In this document: positions 19,206 to 29,161 of the stretch, piece after piece
Layout: every line of letters starts with the position of its first letter
How positions within the stretch are numbered: the first letter of the stretch is position 1
Assembly (NCBI GenBank): GCA_050013255.1
Contig: JBEKFP010000002.1
Coordinates: 224,001-288,000, forward strand
DNA: 64,000 nucleotides
Direction: 5' to 3'
DNA from: Candidatus Bathyarchaeia archaeon
GTDB lineage: Archaea; Thermoproteota; Bathyarchaeia; 40CM-2-53-6
Made by a program: the position numbers and the translations under genes
The notes under the pieces: model-generated
Database searches by the model: none
Seen by the model: the letters and a program-made list of their open reading frames with translations, nothing else
Told to the model about the DNA's origin: nothing

Positions 19206-19400
19206 ATGAGCCACTATTGTCAGCTGTGTCAACCAACTAAGATATTTCGATCAAACGACCAACTGCATGAACATCATTGGACGGCTCATCGAGAATCGTG
19301 CTGTGATGTTTGTCATCATTTGCGTCGATTTCACTCAGGATTTCATGGCTGTGCAGTCTGCGGTTGCCGATACACGAAGAAGCATCCGGAACTAAACTAG
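19206..19400 (+). CDS. Small Cys/His-rich zinc-finger protein
   Basis: CQLC..F..L.EH...H C2H2-like finger plus C..C/H..H/C..C.C. Confidence 0.55.
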   Translation: MSHYCQLCQPTKIFRSNDQLHEHHWTAHRESCCDVCHHLRRFHSGFHGCAVCGCRYTKKHPELN

Positions 19401-19582
19401 CCTAGCGTGAGATCAACGACTTAATTCGTGCCAACGTTCTCTCCCGGCGCCATTTCCGCACTCTTTGTTCAGTGCTCGCCCGAAGATCCAAACGCGCACT
19501 CGTGTTCCATCTCAAGCTCCTGAAGCAATGGAAACGGTCTAGTATCCGGCTTGTTATTGTGGATGAAAGTGGCAGGGGCAGC

Positions 19583-20176
19583 TTGAGAAGACTATTCATG
19601 TTCATGACGATAAGCGTCGACGGGTTCTTTGAGGGGCGGAATCACGACATATCTTGGCACAATGTCGATGAAGAGTTTAACAAGTTTGCCATAGAACAGT
19701 TGCGCGAAACTGATGCCATTCTATTCGGGCGACGAACCTACGAGCTCTTCGAGGATACTTGGCCAAAAGCAGCCGACGACCCGAGAATGTCGAAGGATAA
19801 TCTCGAAATCGCCCGCCTGATCAATAACATGAACAAAATCGTCTTCTCGAAGACACTGAAAAAGGTCGAGGAAAAAGAGAGTTGGAGAAATGTCAAACTC
19901 ATTCGTGAAGTGAATCCGGAGGAAATCAAACGCTGGAAACAGGAACCGGGCAAAGACTTGGGTATTGGGGGCAACAACTTGGCTGTAAGTTTCGCTCAGG
20001 TAGGCTTGATCGACGAAATTCGAATTATGGTTGACCCGGTTGTCCTAGGGAAAGGCACTCCCCTCTTCGAAGGCATCAAGGACAAGCTGAATCTGAGACT
20101 TCTGAAAACTCGGACGTTCAAGTCAGGAAACGTCCTGCTTTACTACCAGCCCGTGAAGTACGGGAAGGAATCATAA
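19583..20176 (+). CDS. Dihydrofolate reductase-like / RibD C-terminal domain protein
   Basis: SVDGF, ILFGRRTYE, KIVFSKTL, LIDEIRI.V.PVVLGKGTPLF; TTG start at 19583 chosen. Confidence 0.85.
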   Translation: MRRLFMFMTISVDGFFEGRNHDISWHNVDEEFNKFAIEQLRETDAILFGRRTYELFEDTWPKAADDPRMSKDNLEIARLINNMNKIVFSKTLKKVEEKESWRNVKLIREVNPEEIKRWKQEPGKDLGIGGNNLAVSFAQVGLIDEIRIMVDPVVLGKGTPLFEGIKDKLNLRLLKTRTFKSGNVLLYYQPVKYGKES

Positions 20177-20461
20177 TGATCTTGAGACGGGAAAAATTGT
20201 GCGGTCACGGGACCGACGAGCACCATCTTTCTTGAGTAAAATGGGAGTCGAACTTTATTTTCTCTTCCCATCCCCGGCTCCAAAATTTCCTTTCGGTTCC
20301 CGTTTAAATACGAACCTCAATTAGAATTGACCGAACAAACTTGCAGTTAGACGTTTGGTGAAGAAGAGGCAGGAGATAGATGTGCAAATCGCGGAGACTG
20401 TCAAATCATTGGAGAAGCAGCGAATGATGACTGAGCTTCTCAAGAAGCTAAAGGCCAGTGT

Positions 20462-20953
20462 TTGAACGTGGCCGCAACGGCGCCGCCGGTCAAGCGATAT
20501 CGGCGTTGGTCGATTAGAGTTCCAAGAATGCTTCTCTTCCACGTGAAGAGCGTCGCCCAGAAGGAGAGATGGGCGTTCAGCGATCTCATGCGGATGCTGA
20601 TAGTTCTAGGTGCAACTGTGAGTTGGCTGAGATTACGGAAGCAAGAGAACCTGGACAGGCTAGGGAAAATAGCTCACGCGAGCCGCGTGGCGGACATGTT
20701 GAATGAGGCTGTTTCACATAAGCGCCGAACGAGAATCTACCCTGTCGTGAGAGATGACGCGGGTCGAGCCACCGACGTGGTCACGTTGATCCTTCCGGCC
20801 GGCTACGCTAGACTAATCGAAGCCTATGCGGCCACAAATCGGATATCGAAGAGTGACGCCTGCGAAAGGCTACTGACCTTTGGGCTGATCGCGTATTCGA
20901 CGGCAGAGAACGCCCTGCTCCAAGCCATTCAACGAGTACGCAGACAAAGCTGA
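20462..20953 (+). CDS. Hypothetical protein with two RHH-like segments
   Basis: WSIRVP..L...V...A.......SDLMR.LI and VTLILP......I..YA......SKS..C..LL. Confidence 0.5.
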   Translation: MNVAATAPPVKRYRRWSIRVPRMLLFHVKSVAQKERWAFSDLMRMLIVLGATVSWLRLRKQENLDRLGKIAHASRVADMLNEAVSHKRRTRIYPVVRDDAGRATDVVTLILPAGYARLIEAYAATNRISKSDACERLLTFGLIAYSTAENALLQAIQRVRRQS

Positions 20954-20977
20954 AACCCAGGTAGCACCACAAACTCC

Positions 20978-21001
20978 AATGTAGTACTAGGGTACTACAT
21001 T
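20978..21001. promoter_or_regulatory. Perfect 10-bp inverted repeat (operator or hairpin)
   Basis: AATGTAGTAC-TAGG-GTACTACATT. Confidence 0.45.
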
Positions 21002-21342
21002 CGCATTAGCTGGTCTCTTTCAGTTTCCAGCGTTCCATTGATCGCGAATCCATTGTTGTCCTCTGGGCGTTCTGCTTCGTCGTGCCAGGAATAGCGACAA
21101 CAATGTCCTCTCATGCGCCGGCGGTACCGAGCTCGCGGCAATTTGCATGCTGATTTGCAGGAATGAGCATGCAATTCCAGTCTCGCATCCGGGTGTTCTT
21201 TGCAGTTTTCTTCGTCTCACAGTCCCGTGTTTCTGCTGGGGAACTTCGACCCTGTAGATGGTCGCCGGCGACCAGCTACGTGGTCAGGAAGGGTAACTGC
21301 TGGATTTAGAATTATTTTCCTGTTGCCGCAAGGGTTTTACGC

Positions 21343-21660
21343 ATGGGTGGGAATGGGAACCTTATGAAAGTTGACGAATCTCAACTGGCTTCGCTGAAGA
21401 TTGAAGACAAGTCGAAGTATGAAGATGCAATCACCTACATGTATGCCGGAACGGACCCGGCCGCAGTACATAAGCCCATAACGATATACAAAGAGAAGAA
21501 TGCCAATGCATACCTAGTCGCAGGTCGTTACGCGAGCGCAACCGAGACCGAGCTAAAGTACAAGCCCCTAAACGAAGAAGAACAGAAGATAGTCGTTGGG
21601 AAGCTCGGTTCTGGCAAGGTCATCAAGTTCCTATCGAAAGAAACCGTTCTACTGCCGTAA
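21343..21660 (+). CDS. Hypothetical protein
   Basis: 105-aa ORF with plausible composition; no recognised motif. Confidence 0.55.
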   Translation: MGGNGNLMKVDESQLASLKIEDKSKYEDAITYMYAGTDPAAVHKPITIYKEKNANAYLVAGRYASATETELKYKPLNEEEQKIVVGKLGSGKVIKFLSKETVLLP

Positions 21661-21711
21661 CCCCGGATTTGACCGGTAAAAACAGTTTCTCTTCAGAAAT
21701 GATGTATTGAG

Positions 21712-22593
21712 TTGAATTTTCGTACCTTCGTTGAAACCGTAGTCGCCTTGGCAGTCTTCGCTTCTGCATATGCCTTGATACGAATCGCCCTGACAGAATT
21801 ACCACCGGTAACCCTGGCAGCCCTTCGATTCATTTTGGCATCATCCCTGATCGTGCCCTTAACTGTGTTTCATTATCGCGGGGGCGCTTCGGGCATCAGT
21901 AGAAGAGACTTGCCAATCTTGTTTGGCCTAGCGATTGCTCAAATATTCATGCCCAATCTTCTCCAGAACATTGGGCTTGAGTACACCACCGCCTCGGTAA
22001 GCAGCGTCCTTCAGTCAACAACGCCCGTTTTCACTTTGCTGCTTTCCTTCATCTTGCTTAAGGAGAATGTTGGGCTGAGGGAATTGGCAGGTGTAACGGT
22101 TGCAATGCTCGGTGTAATCCTCCTGTCAACAGGAGGGAACGTCACGAATCTTGCTGGATCGGTGTTTCTCGGTAACTTACTCCAAGTCGGAGTCGCAGCT
22201 TCCTACGCCGTATCTGGAATCGTTGGGAAGCACTTGTTGAAGAAATATCAACCGATGTTCATAGTAACACTGACGTTTGTATTCGGCGGTGCATTGCTAA
22301 CACTTTTCGCGGTAGTCTTCGAGAGGAATTTGTGGCCGGCGGCGCTCTCGAATGAGGTCATAATGGCGCTGTTGCTGCTCTCTTTCATGTACTGCGTTGG
22401 TCTTGTGTGCTGGTATGATGTGCTTCAACGTACTGGCGTATTCCGTCTCTATGTTCTTCTTTTCACTATGCCTGTTCTAGCCGTTCTAATTTCAGTCATC
22501 GTCTTGAGGGAAAGTTTCACAGCGCTCGACATCGTTTTCTCCGGGCTAACGCTTCTGGGAGTGGGTATAACACAATTCGGCAAGCCCCATTGA
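21712..22593 (+). CDS. DMT/EamA family transporter
   Basis: About 10 TMs, P..LAALRF, GL.YT.AS..S.L..T.PVF..L....LKE, second L.E repeat. Confidence 0.85.
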   Translation: MNFRTFVETVVALAVFASAYALIRIALTELPPVTLAALRFILASSLIVPLTVFHYRGGASGISRRDLPILFGLAIAQIFMPNLLQNIGLEYTTASVSSVLQSTTPVFTLLLSFILLKENVGLRELAGVTVAMLGVILLSTGGNVTNLAGSVFLGNLLQVGVAASYAVSGIVGKHLLKKYQPMFIVTLTFVFGGALLTLFAVVFERNLWPAALSNEVIMALLLLSFMYCVGLVCWYDVLQRTGVFRLYVLLFTMPVLAVLISVIVLRESFTALDIVFSGLTLLGVGITQFGKPH

Positions 22594-22695
22594 CAAGTCT
22601 CCCTCTACCCAGCCCAACATCTAGTATCGCATTAACTGAATTCTAAACGAGTAGAGCTGGCCGGTTGAGGGAACCTGGGGAACGTTTCCTTCAGG

Positions 22696-22995
22696 TTAGC
22701 TGCGGCCGGTGGAGTACGTTACTGCTGTGACTGTGACACCCACTAGGAATAGGATAATTCCTACCAAAACCCAGGCCAACCAGGCAGGCATCAAGATCGC
22801 GAGCCACCTAACGGCCCCAACAGCCAGAAAAGCGATTCCGAGAACGGAGATAACAAGTCCTGCGAGAATAAGGCCGACAGCTCGAGCTACCCGTTTTGCC
22901 AATCTTTCCGCTGGCTTTGCGATACCGCCTAAGACTTCGCGCAGAACTAATCGCGCGAGCTTCTCAAACAAGTTGGAGGTTTCTTTTTCTGGCAA
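22696..22995 (-). CDS. Two-TM YqjE/phage-holin-3.6-like membrane protein
   Basis: Amphipathic N-terminus + two TMs with P.W.A..LVG; follows two DUF883-like genes. Confidence 0.5.
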   Translation of the reverse strand: MPEKETSNLFEKLARLVLREVLGGIAKPAERLAKRVARAVGLILAGLVISVLGIAFLAVGAVRWLAILMPAWLAWVLVGIILFLVGVTVTAVTYSTGRS

Positions 22996-23005
22996 TTTTG
23001 CTCCC

Positions 23006-23224
23006 CTACTCGCTGGACCTGGACAACGCTACTCCTAGCGCCATCCCTGCTACGAAAGCGACACCGAGGGCTAGGATAGGTTGGTCTGTTACTTTCTGTG
23101 CTGCTCGCTCTTGAAGGGCATCAATCTGCACCTTGAGTTCGCTAAGACGCTTGTCCATGTCCTTCTTAAGGTCGTTGACGTGTACCTCGACCTTCTCGGC
23201 TTCACGGCCTTCTTTTTTCGACAA
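23006..23224 (-). CDS. ElaB/YqjD (DUF883)-like tail-anchored protein
   Basis: Coiled coil then V.DQP..ALGVAF.AGM.LG..L.R. Confidence 0.65.
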   Translation of the reverse strand: MSKKEGREAEKVEVHVNDLKKDMDKRLSELKVQIDALQERAAQKVTDQPILALGVAFVAGMALGVALSRSSE

Positions 23225-23251
23225 ACGATTACCACCTGAATAAGTGCCAGG

Positions 23252-23452
23252 TCAATGAGATCCTCTGTTCCTATTGCATAAGGAAACGCCGACAAGCAAA
23301 CCGAACGCGAAAGCCAATCCGGTCACAAGCAATGGGCTATCTTGCGCCGCTTTCCGGAATTCCCGCAATAAGTCCTTCGGGGCCTGCATGTCTAAAATGT
23401 TTTCAACTTCCTCGTCGGAATAGTCATCCTTTTTTTGTGTCGTCTTCGACAT
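23252..23452 (-). CDS. ElaB/YqjD (DUF883)-like tail-anchored protein
   Basis: A.DSPLL..GLAFAFGLLVG..L C-terminal anchor. Confidence 0.55.
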   Translation of the reverse strand: MSKTTQKKDDYSDEEVENILDMQAPKDLLREFRKAAQDSPLLVTGLAFAFGLLVGVSLCNRNRGSH

Positions 23453-23571
23453 GTGTCTCTATTCTGCTAAAGATTGTCCCAGCAAATATGTATTTGCGTT
23501 CTGTGTCATACCTGCCATCAGCCTCGAAATGGCGGAGAGCTATAAGGTGGGAGCCTTGAAGAACAGGTGCA

Positions 23572-24075
23572 TTGGGATGGGCAATGTCAGGCGAGAAGAA
23601 ACAGACTAGCTATATCCTATCTAGACTCAGGGAGGCTAGAAGACTCCCTTCCTCTGACCTTACGTCGAGCGTGGAGGATTATCTTGAAGTCATCTACGAG
23701 TTGATGAAAGAGAGAGGTTACGCAAGGTCAGTTGACATTTCTGAATACTTAGGGGTCAAGTCTCCAAGCGTTACGAGCATGCTGCAAAGGCTGCATGGCA
23801 TGGGGCTCGTCGTCTATGAGCGCTATCGGGGAATTACACTAACTGAAAGAGGTAAACGTTTGGCACACTCCGTGGAACAACGCCACCTTGTCATAACTCG
23901 GTTCCTTCGCATTCTGGGCGTGAGCGAGAGCATTGCGAACTCAGATGCCGAGGGCATTGAGCACCACGTCCACGAGGCAACGATCGAGCGAATCAGTAAG
24001 TTTGTCGACTTTGTCGAGAAGAACAAAGCTTGGTTTGACGCCTTTGACCGTCCCGCAAAGAGGGGTGCACCTTAG
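23572..24075 (+). CDS. mntR: DtxR/MntR family metal-dependent regulator
   Basis: EDYLE.IY, D.SE.LGV..PSVT.ML..L, RH..I..FL, DAEGIEHHV. Confidence 0.9.
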   Translation: MGWAMSGEKKQTSYILSRLREARRLPSSDLTSSVEDYLEVIYELMKERGYARSVDISEYLGVKSPSVTSMLQRLHGMGLVVYERYRGITLTERGKRLAHSVEQRHLVITRFLRILGVSESIANSDAEGIEHHVHEATIERISKFVDFVEKNKAWFDAFDRPAKRGAP

Positions 24076-24186
24076 GGTTAAGCGTCACAACTCGGCTTGC
24101 CTAACTTTATTATATCCACCTAACTCTGCATAGAGACCATTCTCCAAATGGAAAGTTGACCCACGACAGAAAATGGGGCACAGATA

Positions 24187-25479
24187 TTGGGCATCTCCAA
24201 GAAAGACACGTTGGGACCGCTGTCTAAATCGCAGCCAATGGTGCCTCCAGGTTTCTTGCGTGACTTGTGGAATTATTTCGGGCCCGCGTTGATCGTAAGC
24301 GTTGCGTACATGGATCCGGGCAATTATGGGACTGATATCAGCGGGGGTGCTTCCTACGGTTACAGCATGCTCTGGATTGTTTGGCTTGCTGGAATAATGG
24401 CGATGCTTTTGCAGTATCTCTCGGGAAAGCTTGGCATAGCTACCGGTCATTCTCTCGCGGAACTCATGCGCACCTATCTCAAGAAGCGTACCTACATCGT
24501 GCTATGTTGGTTGGCTGCGGAAACAGCGGCCGTTATGACGGACCTCGCAGAATTCCTTGGGACTGTCATTGCACTGAAATTACTTTTCGGGTTACCGCTT
24601 CTCTATGGAACCTTTCTCTCTGTTTTCGATGTCATTCTCATTATGGGAGTAACGGGCGGCAGGGTCCGCAGGACGGAGTATATCTTCATGGCCCTAGTAT
24701 CCACGATTGGCATTGGGTATGTGTTCGAGATTTTCATTACGGGGCCTAGTTTGGCCCCCTTGCTGTTAGGGTCGGTAATTCCGAACCTAGCTTCGACGGA
24801 TCGGGTTCTCATCGCGGTGGGTGTGATCGGTGCCACGGTCATGCCACATGCCGTTTTCGTTCATTCTGCTCTTGCGAACGATAAGATAACCGACCCGAGC
24901 ATTGAAACTAAAAATCGAGTGATGCGCCTCCATAAAGTTGAGAGCATCATCATGTTCACTTTCGCGGGCCTCGTGAATGCTGCCATCATGGTAATGGCTG
25001 CTGCAGCGTTTGGTTCACGTGGATTAGCTGTGGCCACGATTCAAGACGCATACTTGACCCTTGTCCCACTCTTTGGGCCCGCGGCCGCCATAGTGTTTGG
25101 AATCACGCTCCTCGCGTCGGGGCTTTCATCCTCAACAACGGGGACCATTGCTGGTCAAGCTATGATGGAAGGAATGCTCGGGCGAAAGATGAACCTCTGG
25201 GTTCGTAGAATTGTAACGAGGCTGATTAACACTGTCCCAACCACAATCGCCATCCTCCTAGGAATTGAACCGCTTTTGATTCTGGTCTACAGCCAAGTTG
25301 CCTTGAGCTTACTGCTTCCCCTCCCTCTTCTCCCTTTGTGGAAGTTCACGAGAGACAAGAACTTGATGGGTCCATTTGTCAACAAACGATCAACCAGTAT
25401 TCTCGCTGCAGTTTTCATTGTGATCATAATCGTGTTCAATGCCCTCTTGCTCTATCTCAGCTTCGGTGGAAGCATCTAG
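24187..25479 (+). CDS. mntH: Nramp family Mn2+/Fe2+ transporter
   Basis: AYMDPGN and GATVMPH signature motifs. Confidence 0.93.
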   Translation: MGISKKDTLGPLSKSQPMVPPGFLRDLWNYFGPALIVSVAYMDPGNYGTDISGGASYGYSMLWIVWLAGIMAMLLQYLSGKLGIATGHSLAELMRTYLKKRTYIVLCWLAAETAAVMTDLAEFLGTVIALKLLFGLPLLYGTFLSVFDVILIMGVTGGRVRRTEYIFMALVSTIGIGYVFEIFITGPSLAPLLLGSVIPNLASTDRVLIAVGVIGATVMPHAVFVHSALANDKITDPSIETKNRVMRLHKVESIIMFTFAGLVNAAIMVMAAAAFGSRGLAVATIQDAYLTLVPLFGPAAAIVFGITLLASGLSSSTTGTIAGQAMMEGMLGRKMNLWVRRIVTRLINTVPTTIAILLGIEPLLILVYSQVALSLLLPLPLLPLWKFTRDKNLMGPFVNKRSTSILAAVFIVIIIVFNALLLYLSFGGSI

Positions 25480-25500
25480 CGCAGATGCTGGTCTGAGTCT

Positions 25501-26526
25501 TCATAGGTTTCTTCGTGCACGTTCAGCTATGGCGTCGGCCATCTCTGAAAGGCGTGCGGTGCCACCCAGGTCATAAGTTACTTTCTTCCCTTCCGCGATG
25601 ACCTCCCGTGTTGCCTTGAAAATGGCTTCAGATTTCTTCTTCTCCCCTAGGTATTCAAGCATCCAGGCACCAGCGAGAACCGTTGCTGTGGGATTGACCT
25701 TATCCTGGCCCTTGTAAGCCGGGGCACTACCATGGGCCGGTTCGAACATTGCATAATTATCCCCGAAGTTAGCTGAATATATGCATCCGATACTCGCGAC
25801 CAACGCCGAGATCTCTTCGGAGATTATGTCCATAAAGAGGTTGGTTCCAAATATGATACTCTGGTTAAATCGTTGGGGATTCTTGATAAGTTGCTGTGCA
25901 AAATTGTCTATGAAATATTCCTCCATACTGATATCGGAATAATTCTTGTGGGCGGTTCTGGCCGCGTCCATGAAAAGGCCGTCTGTCTCTTTCAATATGT
26001 TCTGCTTCGTAATCGCGTAGGTTCTCTTCCACCCGCGCCGCTTCGCCTCTTCAAAGGCCCTCTTAGCGACCTTCTCGCTCGGCTCACGTGTAATCTTCCG
26101 AAAGGCTATTGCCACATCGTTCGATAGGCGATGCTCAAGTCCAGAATAGAGACCCTCGGTCGCCTCACGCACGCAAACTAGCTCTACATCCCCAAGCGGC
26201 CTCTTGGTTCCCTCGAATGTTTTCACAGGACGAATATTCGCGTAGAGACCCTTCCGCTGGCGAATACTGACCGCAACACTCCGCGGCGTGTTAGGCCCAG
26301 CAGGCGTTGTAGTTGGGCCTTTCAAGCATGCGTCCGCAGCCTCGATTATCTTCCAACTTTCATCGGGTACCAGCGTTGCTCCACCGTGGGTCTGCCACCA
26401 TTCAAACCCAGCATCGCACGAAAGGAATTCTATGTTTGTGCCGACGGCTTTCAGGACCTTCAAGGTCGCATCGGTGAGTTCGGGGCCCGTTCCATCGCCT
26501 TTGATCAAAGCAACGCTCTTCGTCAA
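25501..26526 (-). CDS. Isocitrate/isopropylmalate dehydrogenase family protein
   Basis: GDGTGPE, KGPTTTP, ANIRP, RE.TEGLY, FEPAHGSAP, TYDLGG. Confidence 0.9.
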   Translation of the reverse strand: MTKSVALIKGDGTGPELTDATLKVLKAVGTNIEFLSCDAGFEWWQTHGGATLVPDESWKIIEAADACLKGPTTTPAGPNTPRSVAVSIRQRKGLYANIRPVKTFEGTKRPLGDVELVCVREATEGLYSGLEHRLSNDVAIAFRKITREPSEKVAKRAFEEAKRRGWKRTYAITKQNILKETDGLFMDAARTAHKNYSDISMEEYFIDNFAQQLIKNPQRFNQSIIFGTNLFMDIISEEISALVASIGCIYSANFGDNYAMFEPAHGSAPAYKGQDKVNPTATVLAGAWMLEYLGEKKKSEAIFKATREVIAEGKKVTYDLGGTARLSEMADAIAERARRNL

Positions 26527-26862
26527 AACTCATCCGAGCGCAACGAGTGGCCTTGATAGTTAAGTTTTGTTTTGCAAACCGTGAAATTGTGATGGCGGGC
26601 GGGGAGGGATTCGAACCCCCGAGCTACGCAAAGCAAGCTTTGTTCCACTGCCTACGCCTTCGGCTCCGGCACCATCGGCTCCGGAGGTCATTTCCTTCTC
26701 GTTCTCGGTCATTGCACTTTCACTACCTAACCATTCTGTAAATAGTGTGGGCTAGGTTATGAAGTGTAGGGGTAAGTTGAACCCCCATGACGATTCCTCA
26801 GGGCAGCATTTTCACAACGCAAACCTCAAGTGTGTTTTCCTCTAACAGCAATCTGGGGCAAT

Positions 26863-27747
26863 TTGACACAATCGGAATTTGAGGAAGAGTTGGACGAAAT
26901 AACCAGCAGCGTCAAAGACCTGGAAATCTACATTGGAATGGCCACTCGCCGATTCAAGGAACGGGACATCGCTGGACTAATCTCTATTCTAAACTCGCAG
27001 TTGCGTTTCGCCAGCCTGGTTCAGATGTTCATCGAGAAGTATGACAGATTCCTCGAAGTCGTGGAAAAAAAGTTCAACATACAACTGAGCAACCCTCCCA
27101 AAGTCCTAAGAACCAAGGTAATTGAGGTGAAAACAGCAATCGGTCAAATAAAACTGAACTTTGCTCAGAAGAAATTCGATATTGCAGGTAGAGCTTTGGA
27201 TGAGATAGAAGAAAAGGTGGCGAATCTAAAACTCGGGTTCGATGAACTTTCCGTTCTCCCCCAAGAATTAGACTACTCTCTATTGAGTAATCAGGATTGG
27301 AGGCTGATTGGAATAGCTGGTATTCACTACAAGGCTAAGGTATTCCTAAGCTACCCTTGGAGGGACAAAGACTCAAGAAAAGATGAAAATGAGATATTGA
27401 TTAGTAGTTATGTTAAACCAATATTCGAAACTTTGGGCATCATTGCGGTTACATTAAGGGACAAGCTACAGGCTCAGGATGATATGACTCAGAAGGCCAA
27501 GGAACTAATCCTTGATGCCGATGGGATAATGGGTTTCTATACCAAAGGGGATTCAATGGAAAATATCGAGTATGAGCTCTCCCTGAGTGACAACGTGGTT
27601 GCCATATTAACTGAACTCGGAGCCAAGTCTCCTTCAATGAGACGGTCAAAGTGGCAGCTCGAATTCAACCGAGATGAAACGGGAGACCTAGTTTTGAAGA
27701 TTATGAGAGCATTGAAGGACAAAGAAATGTTCAGGCTTATTGCCTAA
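26863..27747 (+). CDS. Helical N-terminus + C-terminal TIR/NDT-like nucleotide-processing domain
   Basis: KVFLSY, I.DADGIMGFYT, NIEYEL pattern resembling TIR/nucleoside deoxyribosyltransferase folds. Confidence 0.55.
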   Translation: MTQSEFEEELDEITSSVKDLEIYIGMATRRFKERDIAGLISILNSQLRFASLVQMFIEKYDRFLEVVEKKFNIQLSNPPKVLRTKVIEVKTAIGQIKLNFAQKKFDIAGRALDEIEEKVANLKLGFDELSVLPQELDYSLLSNQDWRLIGIAGIHYKAKVFLSYPWRDKDSRKDENEILISSYVKPIFETLGIIAVTLRDKLQAQDDMTQKAKELILDADGIMGFYTKGDSMENIEYELSLSDNVVAILTELGAKSPSMRRSKWQLEFNRDETGDLVLKIMRALKDKEMFRLIA

Positions 27748-27994
27748 GGCACTCGCGCTTTACGAAAGTATGGTTGACCACGGAAAACGTTCAAGAAGGA
27801 TAAACGTCGGAAGGATCTGAAATTCCCCTATGATTCGGTTGGATAATGTGGCTTGGATAAGGTGGATTACGCATGGGCCTGCGGCCCAACGGACTGATTA
27901 TACGGCCTAAAGGCTTCGTGCTGTGCGTGGACGTTTCGCATGTTGGAAAGCTTCATTTCAAGCTAGTTCAGCAATAGTGTTCTGGTCATGAATT

Positions 27995-28417
27995 TTGCCC
28001 GAGAATAAATCTCGCTCAGTCGGACGGTTGAAATTTCGTTGGGTAATATGTGTTCTTGCTGCCGTTGAATTTTCTGAGCTGATGGCGATTTTATTTTACG
28101 TTTCCGTATTTTTTCCAAGCACGATTCCATTTGACCTTGCGAGGGCTGTCTCTGAGAAAATAGTGGATGTTGACACTGCGTTGTTGGGATTCACCGGGGT
28201 TATTGTTGCAGTTTCTATGCAGAACTGGAAGAAAAAATTCAAGCAAGCTCTCGCGGCTCTCGTACCAGTTATAGGACTTCTCCTTGTCTCAATGGCGACC
28301 TGTTTTGGAGCAATTGTAAGAGGTGCCCCGCTCCCCAACCTCGCCTTCTACCTCCCCCTGGCGTTTCTGATAATGGCCGTCACGTTGCTATTCTTCCTTT
28401 TAGCCATAATCTACTAA
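27995..28417 (+). CDS. Hypothetical 4-TM membrane protein
   Basis: Four hydrophobic segments. Confidence 0.6.
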   Translation: MPENKSRSVGRLKFRWVICVLAAVEFSELMAILFYVSVFFPSTIPFDLARAVSEKIVDVDTALLGFTGVIVAVSMQNWKKKFKQALAALVPVIGLLLVSMATCFGAIVRGAPLPNLAFYLPLAFLIMAVTLLFFLLAIIY

Positions 28418-28489
28418 ACCCTCGGTCGGAGAATCATGGCCAGCTGAATCGTCCATTCCTGAGTTTTCCGTAGGCGGTAGTTTGTATCA

Positions 28490-28921
28490 TCAAATGTTGA
28501 TGAGCCCAAATTGCTTGGATAGTTTCTTTCCTTGCAATAGGTAGCCGGCTAAGAGAATCGTCGTCATAGCGTCAAGGAATTCTCTGAGATGCATCGAGGT
28601 CCGCAGGCCCAACAGTAGTTGACGAAGTATCGTAACTAGGTAATTCGGTCTTGACACAGTCGCAGACACAACTTTTGTGAAGCCATCGAATAGCATAACG
28701 AACCAATGTTTGTGGCCATTTACGTCCATAATGTAGTATGAGGCTGGAGTGCCAACAGCGTTTGCCGGCATTGGAGGCAATGTAGACGGTTCAGGCGTCG
28801 AGGGCCGAATAACTTGAGTTGTGACCAGTTGATTCTCGTAAGGGATTAATGCTTCAGGCAGCGTGTGGACTGCTATCACAAGTAAGAGCCAAAGAAACAA
28901 TATGACAGCGGATTTGCGCAC
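28490..28921 (-). CDS. Hypothetical exported/membrane protein
   Basis: N-terminal signal-like segment, Pro/Thr linker. Confidence 0.5.
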   Translation of the reverse strand: MRKSAVILFLWLLLVIAVHTLPEALIPYENQLVTTQVIRPSTPEPSTLPPMPANAVGTPASYYIMDVNGHKHWFVMLFDGFTKVVSATVSRPNYLVTILRQLLLGLRTSMHLREFLDAMTTILLAGYLLQGKKLSKQFGLINI

Positions 28922-29161
28922 TCATGGCCCTCCCTCAGAGAGAAACAAACACGGTATAAGCCAATCTCTGAACTGTTTAGGAGTAGATGGGCTTTCAGCT
29001 CTAGAGCCATCTTCCAGCCCTTCCCTTGAACTTCACCATCTATCGCCACATTGCCCAACTTTATCGAACGCATCTGAACCTGTAGTCCTTTCCTTCGGAA
29101 ATGCTTGGCTGTAGCCTACCTAAGCCAACGTAAGTTGGTCAAGAATCTTCCTTCAATATCG

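Larger units (their letters stand above)
18904..20286. mobile_element. Integrase-less islet at the tRNA-Cys 3' end
   Basis: 22-bp direct repeat TTCCCATCCCCGGCTCCAAAAT at 18904-18925 and 20265-20286. Confidence 0.75.
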
